Positions 20,297 through 30,574 of a DNA stretch of 50,908 bases are shown piece after piece. The notes under the pieces were generated by a model, which did not search any database, was not told the DNA's origin, and saw only the letters and a list, made by a program, of their open reading frames with translations. How positions within the stretch are numbered: the first letter of the stretch is position 1; every line of letters starts with the position of its first letter. Source of the DNA: Nitrospinota bacterium (lineage in GTDB: Bacteria; UBA8248); NCBI GenBank assembly GCA_046581755.1, contig JAYGFR010000041.1, positions 1-50,908 on the forward strand, written 5' to 3'. The position numbers were made by a program, and so were the translations under genes.

Positions 20297-22156
20297 TTGA
20301 AAAATCCGCCCAAGAATGCCATCGCGTTCAAGGTGGGTGACCAGGTTTTCGATCTGGACACCGACCCGCCATCCGGTTCCCCGGTCGAGTATGTGACGCT
20401 CGATTCCGGAGAGGGACTGGAGATTCTGCGCCACAGCACCGCCCACCTCATGGCGCAGGCGATCCTGGAATTGTTTCCGGACGCGCAACTCACCATCGGC
20501 CCTCCGATCGACAGCGGTTTCTACTACGACATCGATATCGAGCGCACCTTTGCGCCGGACGATCTCAAGGAGATCGAAAAACGAATGGCGAAACTCGCCA
20601 AGCGCGGCCTGCCCATCCAGCGGGAGGTCGTCGGACGGGGCGAGGCCCTGGATTTATTCAAAGAGCGCGGCGAGCCCTACAAGGTGGAGATGATCAACGA
20701 TCTTCCGGACGAGGAAACCATCTCGATCTACCGCCAGGGAGAATTTGTGGATCTGTGCCGCGGGCCGCACATGCCCTCCACCGCCAAGCTAAAGCATTTC
20801 AAGCTGCTCAGCGTCGCCGGCGCCTATTGGCGGGGCGATGAGAAGAACAAAATGCTCCAGCGCATCTACGGGACCGCCTACCCGGATCGCGGGGAGCTGG
20901 ATGCGCATCTGAAAAGACTCAAAGAGGCCAAGGCGCGGGACCACCGGGTTTTGGGCAAACAGCTCGGCCTGTTTCTCGTCGATGAGAAGGCCGGGTCCGG
21001 CCTGATTTACTGGCAGCCCAAGGGCAACATCATCCGGAAAACCATCGAGCGCTTCTGGGACGATGAGCATATCAAGCGCGGCTACCAGCTCGTCTCCATT
21101 CCCCATATCGCGCGGGATGAGCTTTTTAAAATTTCGGGCCATTACGATTTCTACCGCGAAAATATGTACGTCCTGAAAATCGATAAGGACGAATATGTGC
21201 TCAAGCCCATGAATTGCCCGGGGCACATCCTTATCTATCAGGAAGGCACCCGGAGTTACCGCGATCTGCCCTATCGCCTCGCCGAAATGGGAACCGTCTA
21301 CCGGCACGAGCGGAGCGGCGTGCTGCACGGGATGCTCCGGGTGCGCGGTTTCACCCAGGACGATGCCCATATTTTCTGCACCCCCGATCAGGCGGAGGAG
21401 GAAGTCGTCGCCGTCATCGACCTGGCCCGGTTCATGCTGAATACCTTCGGATACGAGAATTTCGAGATCGAGCTCTCGGTTCACGACCCCGATGATTTCG
21501 GCAAATACGCCGGTTCCATCGAGGACTGGGAGGCCGCCGAGGAGGCGCTGAAACGGGCGCTGGAGATACGGGACATTCCCTACAAGCGTATCGAGGGCGA
21601 GGCGGCCTTTTACGGGCCCAAAATCGACATCAAGATGCTCGACGCCCTGGGCCGCGCGTGGCAGGGGCCCACGATTCAGTTCGATTTCAACCTCCCCAAG
21701 CGGTTCGATCTCAAATATATCGGCTCCGACGGAGGCCGCCATCTCGTGGTCATGATTCACCGGACGGTGCTCGGGTCGATGGAGCGGTTTGTGGGCGGTC
21801 TGATCGAACATTTCGCGGGCGCTTTTCCCTCCTGGCTCGCCCCGGTTCAGGCCAATGTGATGACCATTACGGACGATCAGATTCCTTTCGGAAAGAAAGT
21901 TGTGGATACCCTGCGGGAGGCCGGCTTGCGCATCGAGCCGGATTTCAGGAACGAGAAGATTGGAAAAAAAATTCGTGAAGCCCAGTTGCAGAAAATTCCC
22001 TATATGCTCGTCATCGGCGCGCGAGAGGTGGATGCTGGCCAGGTGGCCATGCGCATTCGCGGAATAGGGGATACCGGTGCCGTCGCCTTGGAGAATGCCA
22101 TGGAGCAAATTCGTACCAATGTCGAGACTCGCGCCTTCTCCCCGGGGGAGGATTAA
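20297..22156 (+). CDS. thrS: Threonine--tRNA ligase
   Basis: RHSTAHLMAQA, DLCRGPH, KPMNCPGH, RVRGFTQDDAH, AFYGPKID, GSMERF; short N-terminal TGS region. Confidence 0.97.
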   Translation: MKNPPKNAIAFKVGDQVFDLDTDPPSGSPVEYVTLDSGEGLEILRHSTAHLMAQAILELFPDAQLTIGPPIDSGFYYDIDIERTFAPDDLKEIEKRMAKLAKRGLPIQREVVGRGEALDLFKERGEPYKVEMINDLPDEETISIYRQGEFVDLCRGPHMPSTAKLKHFKLLSVAGAYWRGDEKNKMLQRIYGTAYPDRGELDAHLKRLKEAKARDHRVLGKQLGLFLVDEKAGSGLIYWQPKGNIIRKTIERFWDDEHIKRGYQLVSIPHIARDELFKISGHYDFYRENMYVLKIDKDEYVLKPMNCPGHILIYQEGTRSYRDLPYRLAEMGTVYRHERSGVLHGMLRVRGFTQDDAHIFCTPDQAEEEVVAVIDLARFMLNTFGYENFEIELSVHDPDDFGKYAGSIEDWEAAEEALKRALEIRDIPYKRIEGEAAFYGPKIDIKMLDALGRAWQGPTIQFDFNLPKRFDLKYIGSDGGRHLVVMIHRTVLGSMERFVGGLIEHFAGAFPSWLAPVQANVMTITDDQIPFGKKVVDTLREAGLRIEPDFRNEKIGKKIREAQLQKIPYMLVIGAREVDAGQVAMRIRGIGDTGAVALENAMEQIRTNVETRAFSPGED

Positions 22157-22157
22157 T

Positions 22158-22913
22158 ATGGTGCTTCGATCGCGCAGAAGGGATATCCGTCCAACGCCCA
22201 CCGGACCGCGCGTGAACCGCGACATACGGGCAGCGGAAGTGAGGATCATCGACGAGGAAGGCGAACAAATGGGAATCCTCCCGATCGACGAGGCCGTCCA
22301 GGCCGCCGAGGATCGCTTTCTCGATCTGGTCGAGGTCGCGCCGAATTCAGATCCGCCCGTATGCAAAATAATGGATTATGGCCGCTATAAATATACCATG
22401 CAGAAAAAAGGCAAAGAGGCCAAAAGGCGGCAAAAAATCGTTGAGCTGAAAGAAGTCAAAATGCGAATCAAGATCGATTCGCACGACTATGAGTTCAAGA
22501 AAAACCATGCCGAGCGCTTCCTGCTTGACGGCAACAAAGCCAAGGTCACTATCATGTTTCGCGGACGGGAGGTGACCCACCCCGACCTGGGTCGCAAGCT
22601 CCTCGACCGGGTGGCGAACGATCTCATGGAGATCGGCACCATCGAGCAGAGCCCCATCCTCGAGGGGCGGAACATGACGATGATTCTGGTTCCCAATAAA
22701 GCGGCGGCAAGAGCCAGGGCGGCTAGCGAAGCCAAGGAGAAATCTGGTAAAAGTGCCTCTCGGAAAGTGGAGGTGCAAGAGGGTGCGCTGAAGGCGCCTC
22801 TTGCGGAATCCCTCGAGAAGCCTGCCGGGGAGGGCGCTGAACCCGAGGAAGCCCCTCCGGAATCAACCGATGAGCAGAATACCGAGGAAGGAACGGCCGA
22901 TGCCGAAGCTTAA
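22158..22913 (+). CDS. infC: Translation initiation factor IF-3 with C-terminal extension
   Basis: [49 protein letters not shown] 6 nt before ATG 22158. Confidence 0.93.
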   Translation: MVLRSRRRDIRPTPTGPRVNRDIRAAEVRIIDEEGEQMGILPIDEAVQAAEDRFLDLVEVAPNSDPPVCKIMDYGRYKYTMQKKGKEAKRRQKIVELKEVKMRIKIDSHDYEFKKNHAERFLLDGNKAKVTIMFRGREVTHPDLGRKLLDRVANDLMEIGTIEQSPILEGRNMTMILVPNKAAARARAASEAKEKSGKSASRKVEVQEGALKAPLAESLEKPAGEGAEPEEAPPESTDEQNTEEGTADAEA

Positions 22914-23097
22914 AACCAACCGGGGCGCCGCGAAACGCTTCAAGGTGACGGGGAGCGGGAAAATCAAGCGAAACAACTCCCACCGCCGCCACATTCTTAC
23001 GAAAAAGTCCACCAAGCGGAAGCGGGAAATGCGCCACAGCGGGCTGGTATCGGAAGCTGACCTGGCCCTGGTCCGCAAGCTACTCCCGAATCGGTAG
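22900..23097 (+). CDS. rpmI: 50S ribosomal protein L35
   Basis: [24 protein letters not shown]...[12 protein letters not shown]. Confidence 0.96.
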   Translation: MPKLKTNRGAAKRFKVTGSGKIKRNNSHRRHILTKKSTKRKREMRHSGLVSEADLALVRKLLPNR

Positions 23098-23312
23098 ACG
23101 ATTTTATTCAATAAAATAAATTACTTGTTGTTCTTTTACGACGATTTTCATGAGGGAAGCCTCCCGGAATGCGGCAGGCTTGCAGAAGATATGGGCAACG
23201 GGTATATTCCGGCGCGTTTAAGCGGAGAGGCCGCTTCAGGCCATTGAATCCGGGTGGCGCGGGTTGCCGGAGATGAGTCCCGCCAATTTGCTTTTAACGA
23301 AGGAAAAAGAAC

Positions 23313-23666
23313 ATGCCCCGTACGACAGGACATCCGGCCGCGCGTGCGCGTCATAAGCGGCTTCTAAAAGCCGCCAAAGGGTACCGCGGATCGCGGTCGA
23401 AGCATTATCGCGCCGCAAAGGAAACCTTGCTCCGGGCCATGGCCTATGCCTACCGGGATCGCCGGAACCGGAAACGGGAATTCCGCCGTCTCTGGAACGT
23501 GCGCATCAACGCCGCCGTTCGGGAGCATGGAATGAATTACAGCGGCTTCATCCACGGCCTCAAGTTGGCGGGTGTGGAAGTGAACCGGAAGATTTTGGCC
23601 CAGCTGGCCATTACGGATCCCCCTGCGTTTTCCAAACTCGTGGAGATTGCCCGGACAGCCGCCTAG
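23313..23666 (+). CDS. rplT: 50S ribosomal protein L20
   Basis: [42 protein letters not shown]. Confidence 0.97.
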   Translation: MPRTTGHPAARARHKRLLKAAKGYRGSRSKHYRAAKETLLRAMAYAYRDRRNRKREFRRLWNVRINAAVREHGMNYSGFIHGLKLAGVEVNRKILAQLAITDPPAFSKLVEIARTAA

Positions 23667-23691
23667 GCAAATGACAGCGCCAGATCGATCG

Positions 23692-23721
23692 GGCTCCGTC
23701 CGGAAGGGCGGAGCCTTTTTT
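23692..23721 (+). terminator. Rho-independent terminator after rplT
   Basis: GGCTCCGTCC-GGAA-GGGCGGAGCC followed by TTTTTT. Confidence 0.8.
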
Positions 23722-23757
23722 GTGGAACTTGATTCGCCGGGAAAATGAGGATCGCCG

Positions 23758-24852
23758 ATGGCCACTGAAAGCGAGTTGCACGATTTGGCGCGCGAGGCGC
23801 TGGCTTCGATCGTGAGAGTTTCGGATCCGGGCGAGGCCGAAGAAGTCCGCCTTCGCTATTTGGGGCGCAAGGGCGGAATTTTGACCGAGGTGACCCGGGG
23901 GCTGAAAGACCTGGCCCCGGACCAAAAACGGATCCTCGGCCCGATTGCGAACCGTCTCAAGGGCCTGATCGAAAATGCGCTCTCCGCCCACAAGCGGGGG
24001 GACATGGCCGCCGTAGGCGAGGCCGTTCAATCCCAGATCGAACAAAAAGATGGGAAGGATTTTCTGTTCGGCCTCATCGAGCTTCCCGCCGATTTTCTCA
24101 ATCTCCAGGGTTCCGGGGCCATAGCGGGCCAGATTGTCGATCTGACGGTTCCCGGGCGGACCCCGCCGCTTGGGCATAAGCATCCCATCGTCCAGACCAT
24201 GGAAGATATCATCGAGGTGCTGACTCGGCTGGGATACACCGTGGCCGAGGGCCCCGAGATCGAACTGGAGCATTACAATTTCGAGGCCCTGAACATCCCC
24301 CGGGATCATCCCGCCCGTGACATGCAGGATACGTTCTACGTCTCGGACGATGTGCTGCTCCGGACGCATACCTCACCGGTGCAGATCCGGGTGATGGAAA
24401 AGCAGCAGCCCCCGGTGAAAATTATCGCGCCGGGAAAAGTGTTTCGCTGCGATGCCGATGTGACCCACTCGCCGATGTTTCATCAAATCGAGGGTCTCTA
24501 TGTGGATGAGGGGGTTTCTTTCGCCGATTTGAAGGGCACCCTCGAAACGTTCGTGCATGAGATATTCGGCCCGGAGTTCCGGATTCGCCTGCGGTCGAGC
24601 TTCTTCCCGTTCACCGAGCCCAGCGCGGAGGTGGACATCGCATGCGACCACCTCGCGGGCGGGGAATGGCTCGAGGTGCTGGGGGCCGGCATGGTGGATC
24701 CGGCGGTTTTCGAGGCCGTCAGTTACGACCCCGAAAAGTGGAGCGGGTTCGCCTGGGGGCTGGGGGTGGAGCGGGTTGCCATGCTCCGCTATGGAATCAG
24801 CGATATCCGCAAGTTTTTTGAAAACGATCTTCGAATGCTTCGCCAGTTTTAG
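23758..24852 (+). CDS. pheS: Phenylalanine--tRNA ligase alpha subunit
   Basis: YNFEALNIPRDHPARDMQDTF, LRTHTSPVQ, THSPMFHQIEG, FPFTEPS, GFAWGLGVER. Confidence 0.97.
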   Translation: MATESELHDLAREALASIVRVSDPGEAEEVRLRYLGRKGGILTEVTRGLKDLAPDQKRILGPIANRLKGLIENALSAHKRGDMAAVGEAVQSQIEQKDGKDFLFGLIELPADFLNLQGSGAIAGQIVDLTVPGRTPPLGHKHPIVQTMEDIIEVLTRLGYTVAEGPEIELEHYNFEALNIPRDHPARDMQDTFYVSDDVLLRTHTSPVQIRVMEKQQPPVKIIAPGKVFRCDADVTHSPMFHQIEGLYVDEGVSFADLKGTLETFVHEIFGPEFRIRLRSSFFPFTEPSAEVDIACDHLAGGEWLEVLGAGMVDPAVFEAVSYDPEKWSGFAWGLGVERVAMLRYGISDIRKFFENDLRMLRQF

Positions 24853-24908
24853 GGGATTTAGCGGCCCGGCGCGGCGAGCCGGTTGCGCCGCGAGCCAGAG
24901 GGATCGAA

Positions 24909-27347
24909 ATGCTTCTCAGCGTAGAATGGCTTGCCGACTACATCGATCTGGACCTGTCGGATCAATCCCTGCCCGAGCGCCTTGCCAACGCCATCTTGAT
25001 GAGCGGCATCGAGGTGGAGCTTCTCAAGCGCTCCGGAGCGGGCCTGGAGAGCCTTGTCGTGGCCGAGGTGCTCTCGGCCGATAAGCATCCGAGCGCGGAT
25101 AAGCTCAAGCTCTGCCGGGTGAACGATGGAGCCGGGGAGCGTCAAATCGTCTGCGGCGCGCCCAACGTGGCCGCCGGCCAGAAGGTGGTTCTCGCTCCTC
25201 CCGGCGTGACGTTGCCGGGTGAAATGAAAATTCGGGCGGTCCGCATCCGGGGAGAAGAGAGCCAGGGGATGCTCTGCTCGGAGCGGGAGCTGGGTATCGG
25301 AGATGATCATTCCGGCATCATCGTCCTCGATGCGGAGTGCTCCAACGGGGATCCGGCGGCTCCTCTGATTGGTCTCGATGACGCCATTTTCGAGGTGAGC
25401 ATTACGCCCAACCGGGGTGATTGCCTCTCGATTCTGGGTGTTGCCCGGGAGGTTTCGGCCATTTTGGGGATTCCCCTGACCCCTCCCCGGTGGGAAGTTG
25501 CCGAGGGGCCGGGCGAGCGGACGGAGGCGCTGTGCGGCGTGGAAATTCTCGACCCGGACAAATGCCCGCGCTATGCGGCCCGGGTGGTCAGAGGGGTCCG
25601 GATGGGCTCCTCGCCCACTTGGATGCAGCGCCGCCTCCGGGCGGCGGGGATGCGGCCCATCAACAATGTGGTCGATGTGACGAACTACGTCATGCTCTCC
25701 CTGGGCCAGCCGCTTCACGCTTTTGACCTGACCACGCTGGAGGGGAGGCGCATCGTCGTTCGCCGCTGGCGGCCGGAGGATGGCCCCTTTACGACCCTGG
25801 ACGGCCAGGAAAGAAAGATGGTGGAGGATGACCTCATGATTTGCGACGCTGGGCGGCCTGTGGCCATCGGAGGCATCATGGGGGGGGTGAATACCGAAAT
25901 TAGCGATTCGACCGAGGAAATCCTTCTCGAAAGCGCGTTTTTTTCGCCCTCGACCATCAGGGGCACCCGGAGGCGGCTGAACATTAGCACCGAGGCCTCC
26001 TACCGCTTCGAGCGGGGGGTGGACCCGGCGGGGACTCGCCGCGCCGCCGATTGGGCCATCGAGCTCATTCGCCAGACCGGCGGTGGCCGCATCGCCGGAG
26101 GGGCGGTGGATGTTCACCCGGCGCCGGCCGTCCCTCTTACCGTGCGCTTGCGGCCGGAGAAGGTGTCGAAGCTCCTGGGGATGGACATCGGCCCATCGGA
26201 GATCCGCCGGGAGCTGGAGGCGCTCGGCATGGCGGTTCAGGAAATCGAAGGCGGCGCCTTCGAGGTCAAGGTGCCGGTGTTTCGCCATGATATCGACCGG
26301 GAAATCGATTTGATCGAAGAGGTGGCCCGCCGAAAGGGGTATGACGCCCTTCCATCGGTGCTTCCAGCCACATCGGCTCCCCCCGAGCGGCTGCCGCGTT
26401 TGGCCCAGCTAGAAAAAGATGCCCGGGAGAGGATGATTTCGGCGGGGTTCTGCGAGGTCCTCAATTACAGCTTCGTGAGCCGCTCGGATTTGGAAAAACT
26501 GGGCGCCGCCGGGAATCCGGTTTCCCTCCGGAATCCGCTCAGCGCCGATATGGACGTGATGCGCACGACGCTTCTCGCGGGCCTTTTGGCGAATACGGCC
26601 ATGAACCTGAACCGGGGAGCCGAAGATATCCGGATATTCGAAGTCGGGCGCACCTTTCACGAGAATCCCCAAGAACGTCTGCCCAAGGAGGTGCGCCGCA
26701 TCGCGGCACTGATGTCGGGCGCCCCCTCGGCGGCGCTTTGGCCCGATCCGCCCTCGCCGGTGGGGGATGAGATTCTTCCGGCGCGCCTTTTCGACCTCAA
26801 GGGGGCCCTGGAGCAAATGGGACAGCGCCTCCGCCTCCCCGAATTTCAGTTCCGCCCGGCCGGAGACGCGAGTTCCGGATTCGATTCGAATGCCGCTGCG
26901 GCGGTTTTCTCGGGAGAATCCGCGGTCGGGACGATCGGCAGGCTGAAGGATTCCATTCAAGAATCCTGGGGCATCCGGCAGGATATTTATGCTTTTGAGC
27001 TGGATATCGAGGCTCTCGCGGGCATCGATCGCCCGCCGGTCCGCCTGAACGACATCACCCGGTTTCCGGCCAGTCTCCGCGATCTGGCAATTGTGGTAAA
27101 AGATGAGGTGACCCACGATGCGGTCGAGGAGATCATTCGCCGGATAGGCGGGGATTTGCTTGAATCGGCCCGCCTTTTTGACATTTACCGGCACCCGGAC
27201 CAAATTGGCGAGGGGGAGAAAAGCCTGGCGTATTCGCTGATTTACCGGCACCCGGAACGAACGTTGAACGATGAGGAAGTGGATGAAATCTTCTGGAAAA
27301 CGGTGGATTGCCTGGAAAAAGGGCTGGGAGGCCGCCTCCGGCGGTGA
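24909..27347 (+). CDS. pheT: Phenylalanine--tRNA ligase beta subunit
   Basis: HPSADKL, IVCGAPNV, ITPNRGDCLS, INNVVDVTNYVM, SYRFERGVD, DLIEEVAR, C-terminal FDX-ACB domain. Confidence 0.97.
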   Translation: MLLSVEWLADYIDLDLSDQSLPERLANAILMSGIEVELLKRSGAGLESLVVAEVLSADKHPSADKLKLCRVNDGAGERQIVCGAPNVAAGQKVVLAPPGVTLPGEMKIRAVRIRGEESQGMLCSERELGIGDDHSGIIVLDAECSNGDPAAPLIGLDDAIFEVSITPNRGDCLSILGVAREVSAILGIPLTPPRWEVAEGPGERTEALCGVEILDPDKCPRYAARVVRGVRMGSSPTWMQRRLRAAGMRPINNVVDVTNYVMLSLGQPLHAFDLTTLEGRRIVVRRWRPEDGPFTTLDGQERKMVEDDLMICDAGRPVAIGGIMGGVNTEISDSTEEILLESAFFSPSTIRGTRRRLNISTEASYRFERGVDPAGTRRAADWAIELIRQTGGGRIAGGAVDVHPAPAVPLTVRLRPEKVSKLLGMDIGPSEIRRELEALGMAVQEIEGGAFEVKVPVFRHDIDREIDLIEEVARRKGYDALPSVLPATSAPPERLPRLAQLEKDARERMISAGFCEVLNYSFVSRSDLEKLGAAGNPVSLRNPLSADMDVMRTTLLAGLLANTAMNLNRGAEDIRIFEVGRTFHENPQERLPKEVRRIAALMSGAPSAALWPDPPSPVGDEILPARLFDLKGALEQMGQRLRLPEFQFRPAGDASSGFDSNAAAAVFSGESAVGTIGRLKDSIQESWGIRQDIYAFELDIEALAGIDRPPVRLNDITRFPASLRDLAIVVKDEVTHDAVEEIIRRIGGDLLESARLFDIYRHPDQIGEGEKSLAYSLIYRHPERTLNDEEVDEIFWKTVDCLEKGLGGRLRR

Positions 27348-27357
27348 AGAGGTATTC

Positions 27358-27387
27358 TTGACGCTGTCCCTCCACAAATCCTAGTAT
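27358..27387 (+). promoter_or_regulatory. Putative sigma70 promoter for zapB-zapA
   Basis: TTGACG-18 bp-TAGTAT. Confidence 0.5.
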
Positions 27388-27435
27388 TGTCATCAGGTCT
27401 TTTTCCCATATTCGCCTAAATGAAAGAATCCTCAA

Positions 27436-27696
27436 ATGGTCATCGAGAAACTTGAAAAACTGGAAACCTCGTTGAAGGGCGTGCTGGAGGAGTTGGAGAC
27501 CATGCGGCGGTCCCGCTCGGATATGGAGTCCCAGATCGAGCAGGCGCGAACCGAGGCGCGCTCGGCCACCGAATCGGCGAACGGCCGCACCGATGAAATC
27601 AACAGGCTGCGCGAGGAGAATAGCCGCCTTCAGGGCGAGCGGAACGAAGTGCGCGACCGGGTGGAGCGCATCCTCAATCAATTGCCGAGCGAATAA
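27436..27696 (+). CDS. zapB: Cell division protein ZapB-like coiled coil
   Basis: Short all-coiled-coil protein (LEKLE...LREENSRL...VRDRVERIL) between pheT and zapA. Confidence 0.7.
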   Translation: MVIEKLEKLETSLKGVLEELETMRRSRSDMESQIEQARTEARSATESANGRTDEINRLREENSRLQGERNEVRDRVERILNQLPSE

Positions 27697-27739
27697 CGGG
27701 CGGCTGGCTGATTTCGATATCGCCCAAGGGGGATACAGG

Positions 27740-28015
27740 ATGGCCCAGCAGAAAATTACCGTTGAGATTTTTGGTCAGCAATTAAACCTAAAGAGCGCGG
27801 CCGATCCGAAATTTGCCACCGATCTGGCGGAGTTTGTGGACGGGCAAATTCGCAAGGTCTCCAACCAGATCAACGATCCGCTCAAGGTGGTGCTTTTGGC
27901 CTCGTTGAATATCGCCAATGAGCTCTTCGAGGAGCGAAAATCACAGCAAGAAACCACCGCCGCCATATCCGAAAGGGCCGATTTGCTCATCGAAATGCTT
28001 GAAAAGTCTATTTAA
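27740..28015 (+). CDS. zapA: Cell division protein ZapA
   Basis: ITVEIFGQ, LAEFVDGQIR, VLLASLNIANEL; conserved position before 6S RNA. Confidence 0.88.
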   Translation: MAQQKITVEIFGQQLNLKSAADPKFATDLAEFVDGQIRKVSNQINDPLKVVLLASLNIANELFEERKSQQETTAAISERADLLIEMLEKSI

Positions 28016-28095
28016 TCCCGATTTATCGCATTTATCCTGCCAAAGTACCCACCCACCCCATTTGATGGCATACTACCTTCCGAATGATTACGCTT

Positions 28096-28271
28096 TGCCC
28101 TGCGATGTGCGTGATGTTGTTTAGCATTTTGACCCAGTACTGTTGATCCGGGAGCCTTTCCCTGAAGTGGTGAGCTACTCCTTGCGAGTCAGCCTAAAGC
28201 TTCAGCCAGGGCGCCCACCTGGCGATAGCTGGGGATCAAGCGCTCTCAGCACACGGCATACTAGTGGGGCA
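28096..28271 (+). ncRNA. ssrS: 6S RNA (SsrS)
   Basis: About 176 nt between zapA and ygfA; complementary ends TGCCC/GGGCA, GTGCGTG/CACGGCAT pairing, GGGAGC...GCGCCCACC core typical of 6S. Ends are approximate. Confidence 0.85.
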
Positions 28272-28350
28272 TTTAAATATACCTCCTGCATCCCCGGGAT
28301 TTTCGGATGGGAGGCAGGGCGGGAGGTCCATCGTTTAAAAGCGTGGACTT

Positions 28351-28977
28351 TTGGGGAAGCCATTGGAGGATGTTTTAAAGGAAGATCATCAGGCGGATAA
28401 GGAGCGTTGGCGCAAGCGGATGGGCGGAATCCGGCGCTCCATCACGGAAGATAACCGTCGAAGATGGAGTCAACTTGCCTGCCGGCGTCTGAACGCGTTG
28501 CTCGGTGCGTTGGGAACGCGGTCGGTCGGTGTGTATGCACCTGTGAGGGGAGAAACGGATATCGGGTGGTTCTGGAAACCGGAGGCGGTTAAATCCCGGG
28601 CCCTCTACTTTCCACGGATATCGGAAAAAAGCATGACCTTTCACGTGGCGGAAGATCCGGAAAAGGATCTGTCGCCGGGTGTGTTCGGCATTCCAGCACC
28701 CTCCTCTGCCTCGCCCTCTATATCCCCATTCGCCCTTGATGCCGTCGTATTGCCAGGATTGGCGTTTGATGTGTCCGGAGCCCGAATCGGCTCGGGGGGA
28801 GGATATTATGACCGCCTGTTTGCCCCGGCGGAATTTCGCCCCCCGCTCGTGGGCTTGGGCTTTGCATTTCAGCTCTCTTGGGAGAAACCCCTTCCATCGG
28901 GGTCTTTCGATGTTTTGATGGATTGGGTCGTAACCGATCGGGAGGCTGTCCGTTGCCTCCCGTGTTTCTATAGCTAG
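28351..28977 (+). CDS. ygfA: 5-formyltetrahydrofolate cyclo-ligase
   Basis: YAPVRGE, FGIPAP, VLPGLAFD..GARIGSGGGYYDR, DWVVTD; start codon uncertain. Confidence 0.9.
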   Translation: MGKPLEDVLKEDHQADKERWRKRMGGIRRSITEDNRRRWSQLACRRLNALLGALGTRSVGVYAPVRGETDIGWFWKPEAVKSRALYFPRISEKSMTFHVAEDPEKDLSPGVFGIPAPSSASPSISPFALDAVVLPGLAFDVSGARIGSGGGYYDRLFAPAEFRPPLVGLGFAFQLSWEKPLPSGSFDVLMDWVVTDREAVRCLPCFYS

Positions 28978-28986
28978 GAGTTCACA

Positions 28987-30567
28987 ATGATTGACATGCC
29001 AATCGTAGAGCTCGCCGCGGGAGCCGTTGGCGCCATTTTGGCGGCCCTGGCCGTGCTCTATTTTGCGCGAAAGCAGGCGGACAGAAAAATCGCCCAGGCG
29101 CGCATCGACTTTGACGAAGAAATCGACCATATCCAGACGATATCCAAGGGTGAGTTGGACCGGAAACTCAAGGAGGCCGAGGTTGCGCAGAAGACGGAAC
29201 TCCTGCGTCAACATGAGGATATAGAGCGTCAAAATAAAACCCGGACAGATGAGATGCAGCGTGTCGAGCGGCGCCTCATCCAGCGGGAAGAGATGCTCGA
29301 CAAGCGCGGGGCGTCGCTGGACGCGAAGGAAGAATCCATCGAGCGCCGGGAAGTGCGTATCGGGGAGAGAGAAGGTCAGATCGCGGAGGAGGAAATCCGG
29401 CAAAAGGAGCTTCATGAGCTGGCGCTCCGCAAGCTCGAGGAAATCGCCGGCATGAGTTCCGAAAACGCCCAAAAAGAGTTGATGGATCGCTTCCTCGAAG
29501 AGGCCCAGCAGGATATAGCCGCCGAAATTCTACGCATGGAGAAGAAAGCCAAGGAAAATATTCAGCGCGATGCGCAAAAAGCCGTGGCGCTGGCGGTGGA
29601 GCGGTACTCGAACGACCATATCGCCGAGAGCGTGGTCAGTGTGGTGGATCTTCCCTCCGATGAGATGAAGGGCCGGATCATCGGCCGCGAGGGCCGAAAC
29701 ATCCGGGCCCTCGAAATGGCCACCGGCGTGGATGTCATTATCGACGATACGCCCGAGGCGGTGCTGATTTCGTGCTTCGATAATGTGCGCCGGGAAACGG
29801 CCCGTCTTTCCCTGGAATCCCTTATTTCGGACGGGAGAATTCACCCCGGCCGCATTGAAGATGTTGTCAACAAAAACAAAAAAGAAGTCGAAAATCGAAT
29901 CCGCGAGACGGGAGAGCAGGCGATCCTCGAGTTGGGCGTGGAGGACGTGCATCCGGACCTGGTGAAACTGGTGGGGAGGCTCCATTACCGCACCAGTTAC
30001 CGACAGAATGCGTTAAAGCACTCCCTGGAAGTGGCACATTTATCCGGAATGCTCGCCTCCGAATTGCGCCTCGACCCCACCATGGCGAAGCGCGCCGGAT
30101 TGTTTCACGACATCGGCAAGGCCTCGACGCACGAGGTCGAGGGCTCTCATGTTCAAATCGGATACGACATATGCAAACGGTACAACGAGCCGCCCGAGGT
30201 GCTGAACGCGATTGTCTCCCATCACGAGGACGAGGAGGCGAATTGCATCGAGTCGATTTTGGTCAAGGCGGCGGACACGCTTTCGGCGGCGCGGCCGGGA
30301 GCGCGCCGGGAGATGGTGCAGAGCTATATCAAGCGTCTCGAGGCGCTGGAAAGTATCGCCGAATCGTTCAAGGGTGTTGAGAAGTGCTATGCCATCCAGG
30401 CGGGGCGCGAAATCCGGGTTGCCGTAATGCCGGATGAGATCACCGATGCCCAGGCTTCCTTCCTGGCACGGGATATCGCCAAGCGCATCCAGGAAGAGCG
30501 GACCTATCCGGGCGAAATCCTCGTCACCGTGATTCGGGAGACCCGCCACACGGCGATGGCCCGGTAG
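28987..30567 (+). CDS. rny: Ribonuclease Y
   Basis: N-terminal TM, coiled coil, KH ([14 protein letters not shown]), HD (LFHDIGK), [11 protein letters not shown]. Confidence 0.96.
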   Translation: MIDMPIVELAAGAVGAILAALAVLYFARKQADRKIAQARIDFDEEIDHIQTISKGELDRKLKEAEVAQKTELLRQHEDIERQNKTRTDEMQRVERRLIQREEMLDKRGASLDAKEESIERREVRIGEREGQIAEEEIRQKELHELALRKLEEIAGMSSENAQKELMDRFLEEAQQDIAAEILRMEKKAKENIQRDAQKAVALAVERYSNDHIAESVVSVVDLPSDEMKGRIIGREGRNIRALEMATGVDVIIDDTPEAVLISCFDNVRRETARLSLESLISDGRIHPGRIEDVVNKNKKEVENRIRETGEQAILELGVEDVHPDLVKLVGRLHYRTSYRQNALKHSLEVAHLSGMLASELRLDPTMAKRAGLFHDIGKASTHEVEGSHVQIGYDICKRYNEPPEVLNAIVSHHEDEEANCIESILVKAADTLSAARPGARREMVQSYIKRLEALESIAESFKGVEKCYAIQAGREIRVAVMPDEITDAQASFLARDIAKRIQEERTYPGEILVTVIRETRHTAMAR

Positions 30568-30574
30568 ACTTGCC

